A stretch of DNA of 64,000 bases, from IMG/VR virus record IMGVR_UViG_3300023174_000038, positions 284,702 to 348,701 of that record, one strand, 5' to 3'. Every line of letters begins with the position of its first letter. Positions within the stretch are counted from its first letter, which is position 1. Below are positions 38,099 through 47,673 of the stretch, piece by piece. Under the pieces are notes generated by a model. That model had not been told where the DNA came from and made no database searches. It saw only the letters and a list, made by a program, of their open reading frames with translations. The position numbers were made by a program, and so were the translations under genes.

Positions 38099-38461
38099 TT
38101 ATTGCACGATATTACGTGCTACGGGTTGATTAGATTGTGGTACTGTGCTTACACCATACAAACTTGTTTTAGATTTAAAACTGTTTAGATAGTATGATAT
38201 AACTTGATTCATTTGTAGTTTAGTACCAGTACCTTGAATTTGTGCTAATAAATCTAGTACAGGGATACCTGTTTCTTGTGATATTCTGAATAGAAATGCG
38301 GTAAAATTTCCTGCGATAACTTTAGTATCGCATACAGATTTAAAATAGCCATTGACAATATCAAATTCATTACCGTTTACTGTCATATTAAATGAGTAGA
38401 AATCGTCAAATATTTTAACTGTTAAGTCAGTTGCTGTTCGGTCGTCTATAATTCTTGCCAT
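38099..38461 (-). CDS. Hypothetical protein in tail module
   Basis: 120 aa. Confidence 0.6.
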   Translation of the reverse strand: MARIIDDRTATDLTVKIFDDFYSFNMTVNGNEFDIVNGYFKSVCDTKVIAGNFTAFLFRISQETGIPVLDLLAQIQGTGTKLQMNQVISYYLNSFKSKTSLYGVSTVPQSNQPVARNIVQ

Positions 38462-38464
38462 AAG

Positions 38465-39655
38465 TTATGCTCCTGTACTATTTATATCAGGGGGAACTAC
38501 AGCTCTACCATTAGCTTGTTGATACTGATTTGGTGTAGAACCAAATATAGGTAAATTAAATAATACATTTCTACCAGTATTGTTTAATGGATTCATAATA
38601 GCATTAGTAATACCAGCAGTTACTTCACTTCTAATAGCTTGTTTTAGATTTATATTTTTAAGAGTATTATATGTAGCACCGGCTTTTTGTATAGCACCTA
38701 GTATATTTGTATTTTCACCAGATAAGTCATCAATTACACCATTGACACCGTCTACTAAACCGCCTTGACCCAATATACTAGCTTGACTACCCGGTCTAGT
38801 AATAGGACTGGCAACTCTATCATAGTGTTCGCTTAATCCAAATCCGGCAACAATATTACTAGGTTCCTTACCACTAATAGCACCCTGAAAATACTTAACA
38901 GTTTCATAGTCCAATGTCATTGTATTTTCCATAGTACCATTACCTTCTGCATAATTGTATGTATCATGTGCAAATCTATTAATTATAGGATTAATTAATG
39001 TATAAGCCGCATAGTTATGTTGATTAAAACCAAATATTGTGATATTTTTAAAAAATGGAATTTTTGTTTGACCATTACTAGCTTGAATGCTATTTGCAGG
39101 AGTATCAGGTGTTTCTCCTATATAGCCCCAATTTGTATCACCAGTAATAGATTGTGAATAAATGTTTCTTAAATTGTAATTTGCATTATTAGGACTATTA
39201 GTACTACCATTACCTGTTTGTTGTGCTTGACGACCAGAAACAGAAGCTACAGGAATACTAGCATCTTTATAATAATATGTATAGTAGTTATACCACATAT
39301 TACGTATTAGATTTCCATTATCGTCATGGAAGTTAATATCTATTGGATCGTATTTAATTTTTGTTTGCACGATACGTTTACGATTATATTGATTCATCGT
39401 ATGTGTATCAAAACTATAGCTTGGTAACTTAACAGATTTAACAGCTAGACCAAAATTTGCACCTTGTGGTAATCCTACTGCATATGCACTTTGATTGATT
39501 TCAAAATACACATGGAATAGGAACTTAAATTTAGGTGCATATTGATATGCATTAGGTCTGAATGTCTTACTAGCATGAGTATAATCACGAAGGTAGTCGT
39601 TGCCAAAGAATCCATTGGCAGCGTCTGTTACTAAGTTTTGAAAGAAACCAGCCAT
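38465..39655 (-). CDS. Tail-tube-fold baseplate hub/tube initiator (gp48/gp54-like)
   Basis: PKFKFLFHV.F, VKLPSYSFDT..MNQYNRKRIVQTKI.YDPI...FHDD; next to tube gene. Confidence 0.7.
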   Translation of the reverse strand: MAGFFQNLVTDAANGFFGNDYLRDYTHASKTFRPNAYQYAPKFKFLFHVYFEINQSAYAVGLPQGANFGLAVKSVKLPSYSFDTHTMNQYNRKRIVQTKIKYDPIDINFHDDNGNLIRNMWYNYYTYYYKDASIPVASVSGRQAQQTGNGSTNSPNNANYNLRNIYSQSITGDTNWGYIGETPDTPANSIQASNGQTKIPFFKNITIFGFNQHNYAAYTLINPIINRFAHDTYNYAEGNGTMENTMTLDYETVKYFQGAISGKEPSNIVAGFGLSEHYDRVASPITRPGSQASILGQGGLVDGVNGVIDDLSGENTNILGAIQKAGATYNTLKNINLKQAIRSEVTAGITNAIMNPLNNTGRNVLFNLPIFGSTPNQYQQANGRAVVPPDINSTGA

Positions 39656-39673
39656 TTAATATATTAAAATATA

Positions 39674-40312
39674 TTAAGCTTGACCGGCACCAATACCCGT
39701 TGTTGATGTACCACCTAAAGCACGACCAACACTTGTGCCAACACCAGAACTCAACGGTGATTGAACCGCATTGTCAAAGCGAATTGATAATTGTATTGTT
39801 ACAACTTCATTAGAGCTATAAGCCAAATTATTGTAATTTGCTGCCTGCAAGAAACAACCATATACTTCCCAAGTTTCTAGTACGACCGGAGTAGCAGTAC
39901 CGTTACCACCGTCTAAGATTTCAATATTTGTTTGAAATTTATAGTCTTGACCAGTTGCGGCTGAAGCTTGTTCAACAAAGTCCATTTGCTTCTGTAATTG
40001 TTGACCAACTAATGCTGAAACACTACCTGAAGCATCATCTCTAACATTAACAGTTAGTGGTTGCCATTCGTGTCTGCCTGCCAAATACATAGTAGAGTTA
40101 TAAACTGGGATATTAATTTCACCAAAACTAACTGATGGGCGTGTTACATCAATAACTTGCTTTGTTAATTCATTAGTAGCGTTATTAGTACCAAAGTTTA
40201 GAAAATTAACTCTAAAACGATATTGTAGTTTGGGCATTAGCAAGCCCTGATTTCCGCCTGCGTTGTCTGACGCTACGGTCATGTTAAACAATGATTGTGA
40301 GGCTATTGCCAT
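39674..40312 (-). CDS. Tail tube protein (gp19-like)
   Basis: PKLQYRFRV, RPSVSF.EI, W.PLTVNVRDD, ETWEVYGCF, I.LSIRFDNA. Confidence 0.85.
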   Translation of the reverse strand: MAIASQSLFNMTVASDNAGGNQGLLMPKLQYRFRVNFLNFGTNNATNELTKQVIDVTRPSVSFGEINIPVYNSTMYLAGRHEWQPLTVNVRDDASGSVSALVGQQLQKQMDFVEQASAATGQDYKFQTNIEILDGGNGTATPVVLETWEVYGCFLQAANYNNLAYSSNEVVTIQLSIRFDNAVQSPLSSGVGTSVGRALGGTSTTGIGAGQA

Positions 40313-40349
40313 GTTTTTCTCCTGTTATTAATATTTATCTATTTAAATA

Positions 40350-40369
40350 GATACCCCTCTCGGGGTATC
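40350..40369 (-). terminator. Terminator-like hairpin after sheath gene
   Basis: GATACCCC-GAGA-GGGGTATC on minus strand. Confidence 0.65.
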
Positions 40370-40377
40370 ATATTTTA

Positions 40378-43300
40378 TTATTGTCCACCAAGCTCGCCTG
40401 TGTTCAATATACGAACTGGGATATAGATGAATTCAGCTGCCTTAACAGGCTCTACTGCAACGTCAATCCACAATTCATTTCTATCAATTCTTGCTGGCGT
40501 GTTGTTACTTTCGTCACACACTACAAGATAATCATATAGACCGCGTTTAGCAACTAAATCAACCATCAATGTTTGTACAACACCTGCAATTTGATTACGT
40601 GTTAGTGCATCGTTAGGTTCAAATACAAACGGTCTTGCCGCTAATGTTAATTGTCTACGTATATACGCAACTAAACGAGCAACGTTAGTTCTGTCTAATG
40701 CACTTGAACTATTAAAACTAGTTTTGTTACCATAATTCAATAAACCAACACCAGTAAAGAATACTAATGGATTAATGAAATTTATATACAATACATCACG
40801 TATACCTAAACGTGTTTTGATAGATTGCCACTCACCTGTTGTAGCGTCAACATAACCAATGCTTAATGCATTGTCAATTGTACCACGACGAGTACCTGCT
40901 GCCGCTAACCAAGGATAACTAATAGTATCATTACGCAAGAATGTACGCAACATCATATATGATGGGGGTACTGCAACTTGATTACCTTGTAAGTCAGTTG
41001 CTAATCCACTTGGATAGAATAGACCCATGTATGTATCACGGTTAACTAAACCTTCTTCACCTGTACTTGATGCACCTGCTTCGTTATTAGCCCATGCTTG
41101 AATTGCAGTAGCACTATCCGGTAAACGCATTGGTGTATCACCTAAGATATAACCAGTTTGACCGCGGTCATTATTCAATGTAATCATACCGGGCTGTAGT
41201 TCTGGATAGTTAGGTGTTGCAATCAAGTTGAAGAAATTATCTTCATCACGTATTGCTGTGTTAGTAGCAATTGCCGCATTCAATGATTGAACAACCATTG
41301 CACGTTGTGCCTTACGACCCATATATGGTGCACCGTTTGTTTGATTACCACTAACTGTTACCCAAGTACTAGTATATGTAGGTAATGTGTCATCTGGGAA
41401 ACTTGTACTGTTGAAGTAATCAACCATATACTGTTTTACATTATAACCATTACGGCGTGTGTTGAACAACAACATACCAGATGGATATAGTGTTGGATCC
41501 GGAGCATCTAAATCAAGATTGTTACTAGTTAACAAACTAACGATTGTTGGGATAGGATCATCAACTGGACTAATAGTATTTTGATTACTTGACCAACGTG
41601 CATCAGCAAATACTACACCAGTGCTACTTGTTTGGTCTGTGTTATCAATCAATACCCATTGATCGGTACCACTAACACTTTGCCAACGATTAATTACTGG
41701 ATAATTTTCTAAATCACTAGTATCGATCCATAAATCACCGTATACTAATGCGGTAGTACCGTCACTTTGTGTTGTTGGTGCAGTTGCACTAATTAATGGT
41801 CCATTAGGATCAGTTTCATTAGTTCCACTTGGAAGAGGGAAACCACTACTGTCATAATCTCTATTGCCATAACCATACCAAGCACCAGAGAAGTTAATCA
41901 TAATATCAACCTGGTCAACTACTGAGTAGTACCAATTTGTATCATTAGCAGGAGCAACTGCAGGTTGTCCTTCATTAGAAATATATGTAAATTCAACCCA
42001 GTTACTTAACTGTGTTCTATACTTAGCAGTGGGTAAACCTAAACTATATGTAATTGCAGTAGCTACACCACCTGATACGGCTGTCACTTCAACAATCAAA
42101 TCATTAGTTATTGATGTTCCACCTAAATCAGCACCGTCAATTGTAATTAAATCACCAACTGTATAACCACTACCGCCAGCATTTACACCTGCACCATTTA
42201 TAATGTAAGCACCACTGGATACAATAATGTTAAAAGTAGCATTAGCACCTGGGCTAGATGTACCAGATACACCTGTAAATACGCTTGTTACAAAAGGACC
42301 AAATTTTACACCAGATGTTGTACCAATTACAAATCCAGCTGTTTCAATTAATCCATTAGATACACCTGTTGATAGATATGAGGAATTTACAGTATCATCT
42401 AATATAATTGTACCACCCTCAGTGTGTGATAATTGTATAGCACCGTCACTTGTTACACTTGCCGTTGTGTAGGGGATATTGGCCGCTGCCCAAGCAGTTA
42501 CAAAATTTGTAGCGGTAGTGTTATCTGCTAATGTAAAGGGATATGCAGAACTCAATGTGCTACTTCCAGGAACACTTACATATACATTCATATAGTATCT
42601 ACCAGAATTAAATTCAGGATCAGTAACATCACCTGTTACAATAGTTGCACCTGTAGCAATTCTTTCCCAAATATAAATTGGGACAGCAGATCCCGTACCA
42701 TTAAAGCCATACTGTGCATATACAGTATTTGCCGGAATAGCTTGTCCGCCAGTTGCATCTATACCTGCTGATGCAGCCCAATCACTTTCATATAATGAAA
42801 CATTTTTATTTAACCAAGTTTGAGTTACTCCATTAAACTCTGCCATTATAGGATCTAATCCAGTGCCAGCAGAACCTACTTTAATCCAAACACTGCCTGT
42901 TGGACGAGGAGCTGATTGACTTGAAGTCCATAATGGCATTTGAGCACTTGTTCCATATTGTGATAAAGGTTGATAATATGTAGATTGTACACTTACATTT
43001 ATACCCATAGTTGCTAATGGAGTACCAGTTCCTTCTGCTAAAACCAATCTTCCGTTTGAACTACCGGCTGACAATACTTGGCTAGAAAAAATACATAACT
43101 TACCACTACGTACTGATGCTGATAGATATGGCCAATCTAAAGCATTAATAACTCCGGCCACACCTGCTACCGTATTATTCGGTGATGCTGGAACTGAAAT
43201 TGTTGCTGTAACACCTGCCAACCCAGATAGATTTATAGTAAATGTATTTCCTGCAACTAATGTAGGATTAGAAACTGATCCCTGTACTGTAGGAATATCT

Positions 43301-43965
43301 CTTTGCCAAGCAGGTGTACCTACTGCGACCCATGTATTAGATGTGGTTTTATAATAATATGTTTTATATGTTGATGCAGGTGTTTCATTAATCTGTATTG
43401 CATTTATAGCATAATCACCAATGTTACCTATACTACTTAATGGAACCCCTGCTGATAAATCACTAGCCATTGTTATAACAATAGGATTTTGTAAAGTGAA
43501 TTGGCCAGTTGTTTGATTAAACTCATATATACCCCATGTGCTTGTTGTAGTATCTAACCACCATGTACCAGCATCTGGATTACCAGTTGGACGACCAGTT
43601 TGACCAACTAAACTAGCTAGGTCAATGTCTGCACGTAAAACATAACAACGGTTTGTTACACCTAATGTACTATAGGCTGCTAACAATCCATATTCATTTA
43701 ACTCATAACCTTGAATTGGTGTACCATTTGCTGTTGTATAAAAGAATGGACTACCATACAAGTTTACCAAATCTCGTTGACTTGTTACTTGGAATAACTT
43801 ATTTGCGTTAGCGGCCGTTGTTGCGGCTGCTACACCTGTTCCAGATGCATCAGCTTTGTTTTGCGCTGTTGCTAATAGAATAAGTGGGACTGAATTCGTT
43901 GGGGCTGGAAGATATTGACTCTGGTCAATGATCGTTACTTCTACGCCTGGAGATGTTAATGCCAT
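40378..43965 (-). CDS. Contractile tail sheath protein (gp18-like) with insertion domains
   Basis: L.SPGVEVT.IDQS start; PWLAAAG..RG, INP, LDRTNVARL, FVFEPND, CDESNNT...IDRNELW.DVAVEPVK.AEFIYIP. Confidence 0.93.
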   Translation of the reverse strand: MALTSPGVEVTIIDQSQYLPAPTNSVPLILLATAQNKADASGTGVAAATTAANANKLFQVTSQRDLVNLYGSPFFYTTANGTPIQGYELNEYGLLAAYSTLGVTNRCYVLRADIDLASLVGQTGRPTGNPDAGTWWLDTTTSTWGIYEFNQTTGQFTLQNPIVITMASDLSAGVPLSSIGNIGDYAINAIQINETPASTYKTYYYKTTSNTWVAVGTPAWQRDIPTVQGSVSNPTLVAGNTFTINLSGLAGVTATISVPASPNNTVAGVAGVINALDWPYLSASVRSGKLCIFSSQVLSAGSSNGRLVLAEGTGTPLATMGINVSVQSTYYQPLSQYGTSAQMPLWTSSQSAPRPTGSVWIKVGSAGTGLDPIMAEFNGVTQTWLNKNVSLYESDWAASAGIDATGGQAIPANTVYAQYGFNGTGSAVPIYIWERIATGATIVTGDVTDPEFNSGRYYMNVYVSVPGSSTLSSAYPFTLADNTTATNFVTAWAAANIPYTTASVTSDGAIQLSHTEGGTIILDDTVNSSYLSTGVSNGLIETAGFVIGTTSGVKFGPFVTSVFTGVSGTSSPGANATFNIIVSSGAYIINGAGVNAGGSGYTVGDLITIDGADLGGTSITNDLIVEVTAVSGGVATAITYSLGLPTAKYRTQLSNWVEFTYISNEGQPAVAPANDTNWYYSVVDQVDIMINFSGAWYGYGNRDYDSSGFPLPSGTNETDPNGPLISATAPTTQSDGTTALVYGDLWIDTSDLENYPVINRWQSVSGTDQWVLIDNTDQTSSTGVVFADARWSSNQNTISPVDDPIPTIVSLLTSNNLDLDAPDPTLYPSGMLLFNTRRNGYNVKQYMVDYFNSTSFPDDTLPTYTSTWVTVSGNQTNGAPYMGRKAQRAMVVQSLNAAIATNTAIRDEDNFFNLIATPNYPELQPGMITLNNDRGQTGYILGDTPMRLPDSATAIQAWANNEAGASSTGEEGLVNRDTYMGLFYPSGLATDLQGNQVAVPPSYMMLRTFLRNDTISYPWLAAAGTRRGTIDNALSIGYVDATTGEWQSIKTRLGIRDVLYINFINPLVFFTGVGLLNYGNKTSFNSSSALDRTNVARLVAYIRRQLTLAARPFVFEPNDALTRNQIAGVVQTLMVDLVAKRGLYDYLVVCDESNNTPARIDRNELWIDVAVEPVKAAEFIYIPVRILNTGELGGQ

Positions 43966-44085
43966 TTTATGTTTCCTTTATGTAAAATTTTAAGGTTTAC
44001 TACCTGTTTGCATACTAATATTTATCAAATACCTTTAAAAAGACATACTTACCGTGCCTTTAAAGGTTCCTAGAGTAAATACACA

Positions 44086-44430
44086 ATGAGACCTATATGC
44101 AATACTTGTGGAAAGAATCACTGTGCCGTTAACTATAAACGGCTAGGAGTAACACACTATAGAAGCATGTGCGATGAGTGTGGACGAAAGAAAAATAAAC
44201 TTAAACCCAGAACTCCTAAATGGAAAAGTAAAGGTTATAAGAAAAAAACCGCATGTGATTTATGCGGCTTTAAGGGTTTATTTACTAGTCAAATCACCGT
44301 CTTTCATATTGACGGTAATTTAGAAAACACTGATTTGGTTAACTTGCGTAGTATATGTCTTAACTGTGTAGAAGTAGTTAAAAAGAAAGAAGTTAATTGG
44401 AAACGAGGGGACTTACAGGTTGACCACTGA
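44086..44430 (+). CDS. Small HNH/zinc-finger protein
   Basis: CxxC pairs and HIDGNLEN...NLRSIC.NC. Confidence 0.7.
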   Translation: MRPICNTCGKNHCAVNYKRLGVTHYRSMCDECGRKKNKLKPRTPKWKSKGYKKKTACDLCGFKGLFTSQITVFHIDGNLENTDLVNLRSICLNCVEVVKKKEVNWKRGDLQVDH

Positions 44431-45045
44431 GTTAACTTGTTTATGTAACTCATCAATTGATCCATTGTTATCAATATAATAGTCATACAACAATCCTACA
44501 CTACTATACTCACTAGCGTGTACGGCATAGTTACCTAACTCTACCATAGCTTTTAATCTTTGTTCACTACCTTCAGGCTCATTATTATAGTCTACTGCGG
44601 CACTATACCATATAGGACGTTCACCCCTGCTTACACGCATTGTGATACCACCTACACTTTTGATAGAATTAACTTCATTAGCAAAACGGCAATCGGTAAT
44701 AACAATGTTTTCATCTGTTTGGCGTAGCTTATTTTCTACACTAGCTACCCAAATATCTTTATGAAACCCATTACGACATACTTCTGTACCCCAGTATTGT
44801 AATACCCATCTTGGAGTAATATCCATTCCTAATCGTTCACTCCACCATTCATCACGTTGTTCACGCCAAGCTCTACTGGTTTTAGTAGAACCTTCTAAGT
44901 ATTCTCTATTCCAACCAAATACTGCGGCTACTGCGTCTTTTAAACTTGCCGCAAAACTAACACGTTTGAACCCGTGAAATGTAGTAAGATAGTTTGCAAT
45001 AGTGTCCTTGCCCGAACCGATTTGGCCAGTGATTCCTATTATCAT
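44413..45045 (-). CDS. Deoxynucleoside monophosphate kinase (T4 gp1-like)
   Basis: Likely start MIIGITGQIGSGKDT; SFAASLKD, R.VLQYWGTE, ITDCRF.NE, HASE. Confidence 0.9.
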   Translation of the reverse strand: MIIGITGQIGSGKDTIANYLTTFHGFKRVSFAASLKDAVAAVFGWNREYLEGSTKTSRAWREQRDEWWSERLGMDITPRWVLQYWGTEVCRNGFHKDIWVASVENKLRQTDENIVITDCRFANEVNSIKSVGGITMRVSRGERPIWYSAAVDYNNEPEGSEQRLKAMVELGNYAVHASEYSSVGLLYDYYIDNNGSIDELHKQVNSVVNL

Positions 45046-45049
45046 ATGG

Positions 45050-45097
45050 TAACTCCTGTAATACATTTATTATACTACAGGAGAGTTGTAAAGTAAA
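45050..45097 (-). promoter_or_regulatory. Sigma70-type promoter inside an RBS-occluding hairpin
   Basis: TTTACT-17-TATAAT; stem CTCCTGTAGTA/TATTACAGGAG covers the SD. Confidence 0.7.
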
Positions 45098-45106
45098 GTG
45101 TTTAGG

Positions 45107-45904
45107 TTAACCTTGCACCCATGTCAAGGGTTGTGATCCATCTACATACCGTTTTAGTTCTTCAATGAGTTCTTGCTGTAGTTGTTTAGATTCTGCTTTC
45201 ATTGCCGCACCATTTAAACTTGTGCCGCCACCCGGACCTGCAATACTAGCAAACTTCTCACGTGCTTCACCAATAATACCTTTTAATACAGCAAATACCC
45301 AATCACCAATCCAAACACCAGTGCTTGGATCTTGTAATAATACTTCTTGTGTTCTTTGTACATCTGCCCAAATTAATATACGTTCACCGGATCCTTTTGG
45401 ATCACGAACAATACGTAATACTTTGGTTACTGGATCAAATGTATAAACAACATATCCACCAAACATACGTGCGGCTAATTCAACATAACCAGCATAAAAG
45501 TCATATGTTGCCATACCACCAGCATAGTTATAGTTTAGCAAATATGTGTTTAGAATAGCTGAACTGAATGGGTCAAAACTACTACTTGAAGGGCCTGTTT
45601 CTAGTCCAACTGTTCTACGATATAAACATCTGACGTTAATGAATTCTTGTGGTAGTGTATATGTATCAACATTCTTTTCTATTGTGAAAAGAGTATAAGA
45701 TTCTGCCGTAGCATTTTGCGCTCGTTGACGATAGACTTTGATAGCATAGTTGTATGCTGCCTCATAGTGTTGAGGATCTAATTCCAAATCAATGATACCA
45801 TCTCCTAGACGATATCTAACGTTTTGGAATAATGCTTGTTTTAGTTCATCTAGTGTTAGACCAGATGGAGTAGATAGTATATTTGCAGTAGCTGATATTG
45901 TCAT
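45107..45904 (-). CDS. Neck/head-tail adaptor protein (gp13-like)
   Basis: RLGDGIIDLELDPQHYE, G..GE.R.KF..I.GP.GGT.LNG..MK.E, PL.WV.G. Confidence 0.8.
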   Translation of the reverse strand: MTISATANILSTPSGLTLDELKQALFQNVRYRLGDGIIDLELDPQHYEAAYNYAIKVYRQRAQNATAESYTLFTIEKNVDTYTLPQEFINVRCLYRRTVGLETGPSSSSFDPFSSAILNTYLLNYNYAGGMATYDFYAGYVELAARMFGGYVVYTFDPVTKVLRIVRDPKGSGERILIWADVQRTQEVLLQDPSTGVWIGDWVFAVLKGIIGEAREKFASIAGPGGGTSLNGAAMKAESKQLQQELIEELKRYVDGSQPLTWVQG

Positions 45905-45942
45905 AGTTGTTTACCTGTATGTTGTATTTAATGTAAAAATTC

Positions 45943-46890
45943 TTATGGTGTGCCACCGGTTGCTCCCAGCTGTGTAGCTTGAACAGTCATAGGTCCACGT
46001 GTTGTTGCAGTAGCAGTATCAGTTGCATAAATTATCCGCTGTGTTGTGGCTTGATTAGATCCGTATACCCATCCATAACTAGTATCACCGGTACCACATA
46101 TATACGGTGCAGGATTGGCCAACGGGCCTCTAATGCTAGCGGTTGCTGTATCCGTTGCATATGTTATTCTTTCAACCATGCTAGAATTGTAATTTCCTCC
46201 AAAAAACCAGCCATACGTAGAATTATCAGTAGTTGCGGCAAGGGCATATCTTACACCACTAAGTGGACCACGTGTACTTGCGGTAGCAGTATCTGTTGCA
46301 TAGGTGATACGAGAGACTTTAGATTGGGATACACCACCGGCAAACCAGCCGGATGTACTAAGCCCGGTTGCGGCATTCCACTGCACAGCAAAACTTAATG
46401 GGCCACGTGTGGTTGCATTAGCAGTATCTGTTGCGTATGTAGTTCTGTCTACGGTTGATATGGTTCCGGGACCAATTGGGTAATTATATCCGCCACCCCA
46501 CCAGCCATATGTAGCACCATCTGTGGAGGCGGCCAACTGTCTTACTCCACCGGATAATGATCCTCTAAGGCTGGCTGTTGCAGTATCAGTTGAAAAAGTA
46601 ACTCTTTGAACCGCAGAGATAATAGAAGATTGAAAGCTTGATTGCTGTCCTCCTCCCCACCATCCATATGTTAAAGTGCCTGCGGCTGTTAGCTGTCTTG
46701 CTATAAGGGATAATGGGCCCCGTATTGAGCTAGAGGCAGTATCTGTTGCAAAAGTTATACGCTGTACGGTGGATATAGAACCATATCCGCCACCCCACCA
46801 ACCTGCAGTAGCGGTGGACGGAGGTGCCGGAGGTGCTACTATACCCACTCCACCACTAAATGAAATTCCACCTGTTATCGTTATTGACAT
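45943..46890 (-). CDS. Six-repeat Kelch/beta-propeller-like protein (paralogue)
   Basis: Six GW..GG...RIT(F/Y)ATDTATAS.RGPL units; visibly more GC-rich than flanks. Confidence 0.8.
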   Translation of the reverse strand: MSITITGGISFSGGVGIVAPPAPPSTATAGWWGGGYGSISTVQRITFATDTASSSIRGPLSLIARQLTAAGTLTYGWWGGGQQSSFQSSIISAVQRVTFSTDTATASLRGSLSGGVRQLAASTDGATYGWWGGGYNYPIGPGTISTVDRTTYATDTANATTRGPLSFAVQWNAATGLSTSGWFAGGVSQSKVSRITYATDTATASTRGPLSGVRYALAATTDNSTYGWFFGGNYNSSMVERITYATDTATASIRGPLANPAPYICGTGDTSYGWVYGSNQATTQRIIYATDTATATTRGPMTVQATQLGATGGTP

Positions 46891-46941
46891 AATTGTTACC
46901 CTTAAATACGTATATTGTATTTATCGGGCAACAATTATTAC

Positions 46942-47604
46942 TTACAAATCGCCTTCTTTACGATTCTCACTATAATATGCATCAAAACTACCAATATCTT
47001 TCATTTTACAATTATTTCCGTGCCATCTTACGTAATTACCTTTAGAAATAATTTTATCGCAATATTCACACGTAATCTGATACTCAGGTTTACACATTGG
47101 ATTGTTACTACCGGTCTTTAATGCATTTAATTTTGAAAGTTTTGGATTTTTCTTTCCGCGCATTGCACTTACTTTTCCAAACATTGGATTTTTATTACCA
47201 ACATTAGCAGAATTTCTAGCACTAAGTTGCGGATTCTTTTTTCCATACATGGGATGTTTATCACCAGCCCTGAGTGAGTTTCTTTCTCCTACTGTAGTAT
47301 TTTTTCTTCCGTAACAAGGATGATTCTCACCTCTATCCGAACCACCTGTTTCAGGTATCTTGTTTGCCCACTCATTACTTTTAACAATATTCCACAGTGT
47401 ACTGTAGTATCTCCCCCAAATACTCAATTCTTCTTTAGAGTGACATTCCCTAATAATTTCAGTATCAATGAATTTACCAAACTCTTTTAAATGAGATTTC
47501 CATTCTAATCCTGAACCCAAATATTTGTAGGGATCTTTAGTTGTTTTGCCGAGATATTTAATCCCAGTAACTTGGTGGGTCTTTTTGTATAGATAAATAA
47601 TCAT
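46942..47604 (-). CDS. Free-standing GIY-YIG (Seg-like) homing endonuclease (HEG4)
   Basis: IYLYKKTHQVTGIKYLGKT..YLGSG..WK.HL; ANKIPETGG; NUMOD3-like G..(H/N)PM(Y/F)GK repeats; C-terminal CEYC. Confidence 0.85.
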   Translation of the reverse strand: MIIYLYKKTHQVTGIKYLGKTTKDPYKYLGSGLEWKSHLKEFGKFIDTEIIRECHSKEELSIWGRYYSTLWNIVKSNEWANKIPETGGSDRGENHPCYGRKNTTVGERNSLRAGDKHPMYGKKNPQLSARNSANVGNKNPMFGKVSAMRGKKNPKLSKLNALKTGSNNPMCKPEYQITCEYCDKIISKGNYVRWHGNNCKMKDIGSFDAYYSENRKEGDL

Positions 47605-47671
47605 GCTGATTGCTCCTTCAAAGCATTAGAGTAACTGGGAAGTCTAATTCCGCGAGTTACACTATTATTTA
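47602..47671 (-). promoter_or_regulatory. Late promoter plus conserved structured HEG leader (copy 3)
   Basis: TAAATA-ATAGT-GTAACT-CGC-GGAA/TTCC-C-AGTTAC-TCTAA-TGCT..AAGG-AGCA-ATCAGC-ATG. Confidence 0.8.
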
Positions 47672-47673
47672 TC

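Noticed and set aside
44086-44430. Small HNH as a mobile homing endonuclease
   Set aside because: Only 114 aa, no DNA-binding repeats, leader or insertion footprint; more likely a resident accessory nuclease
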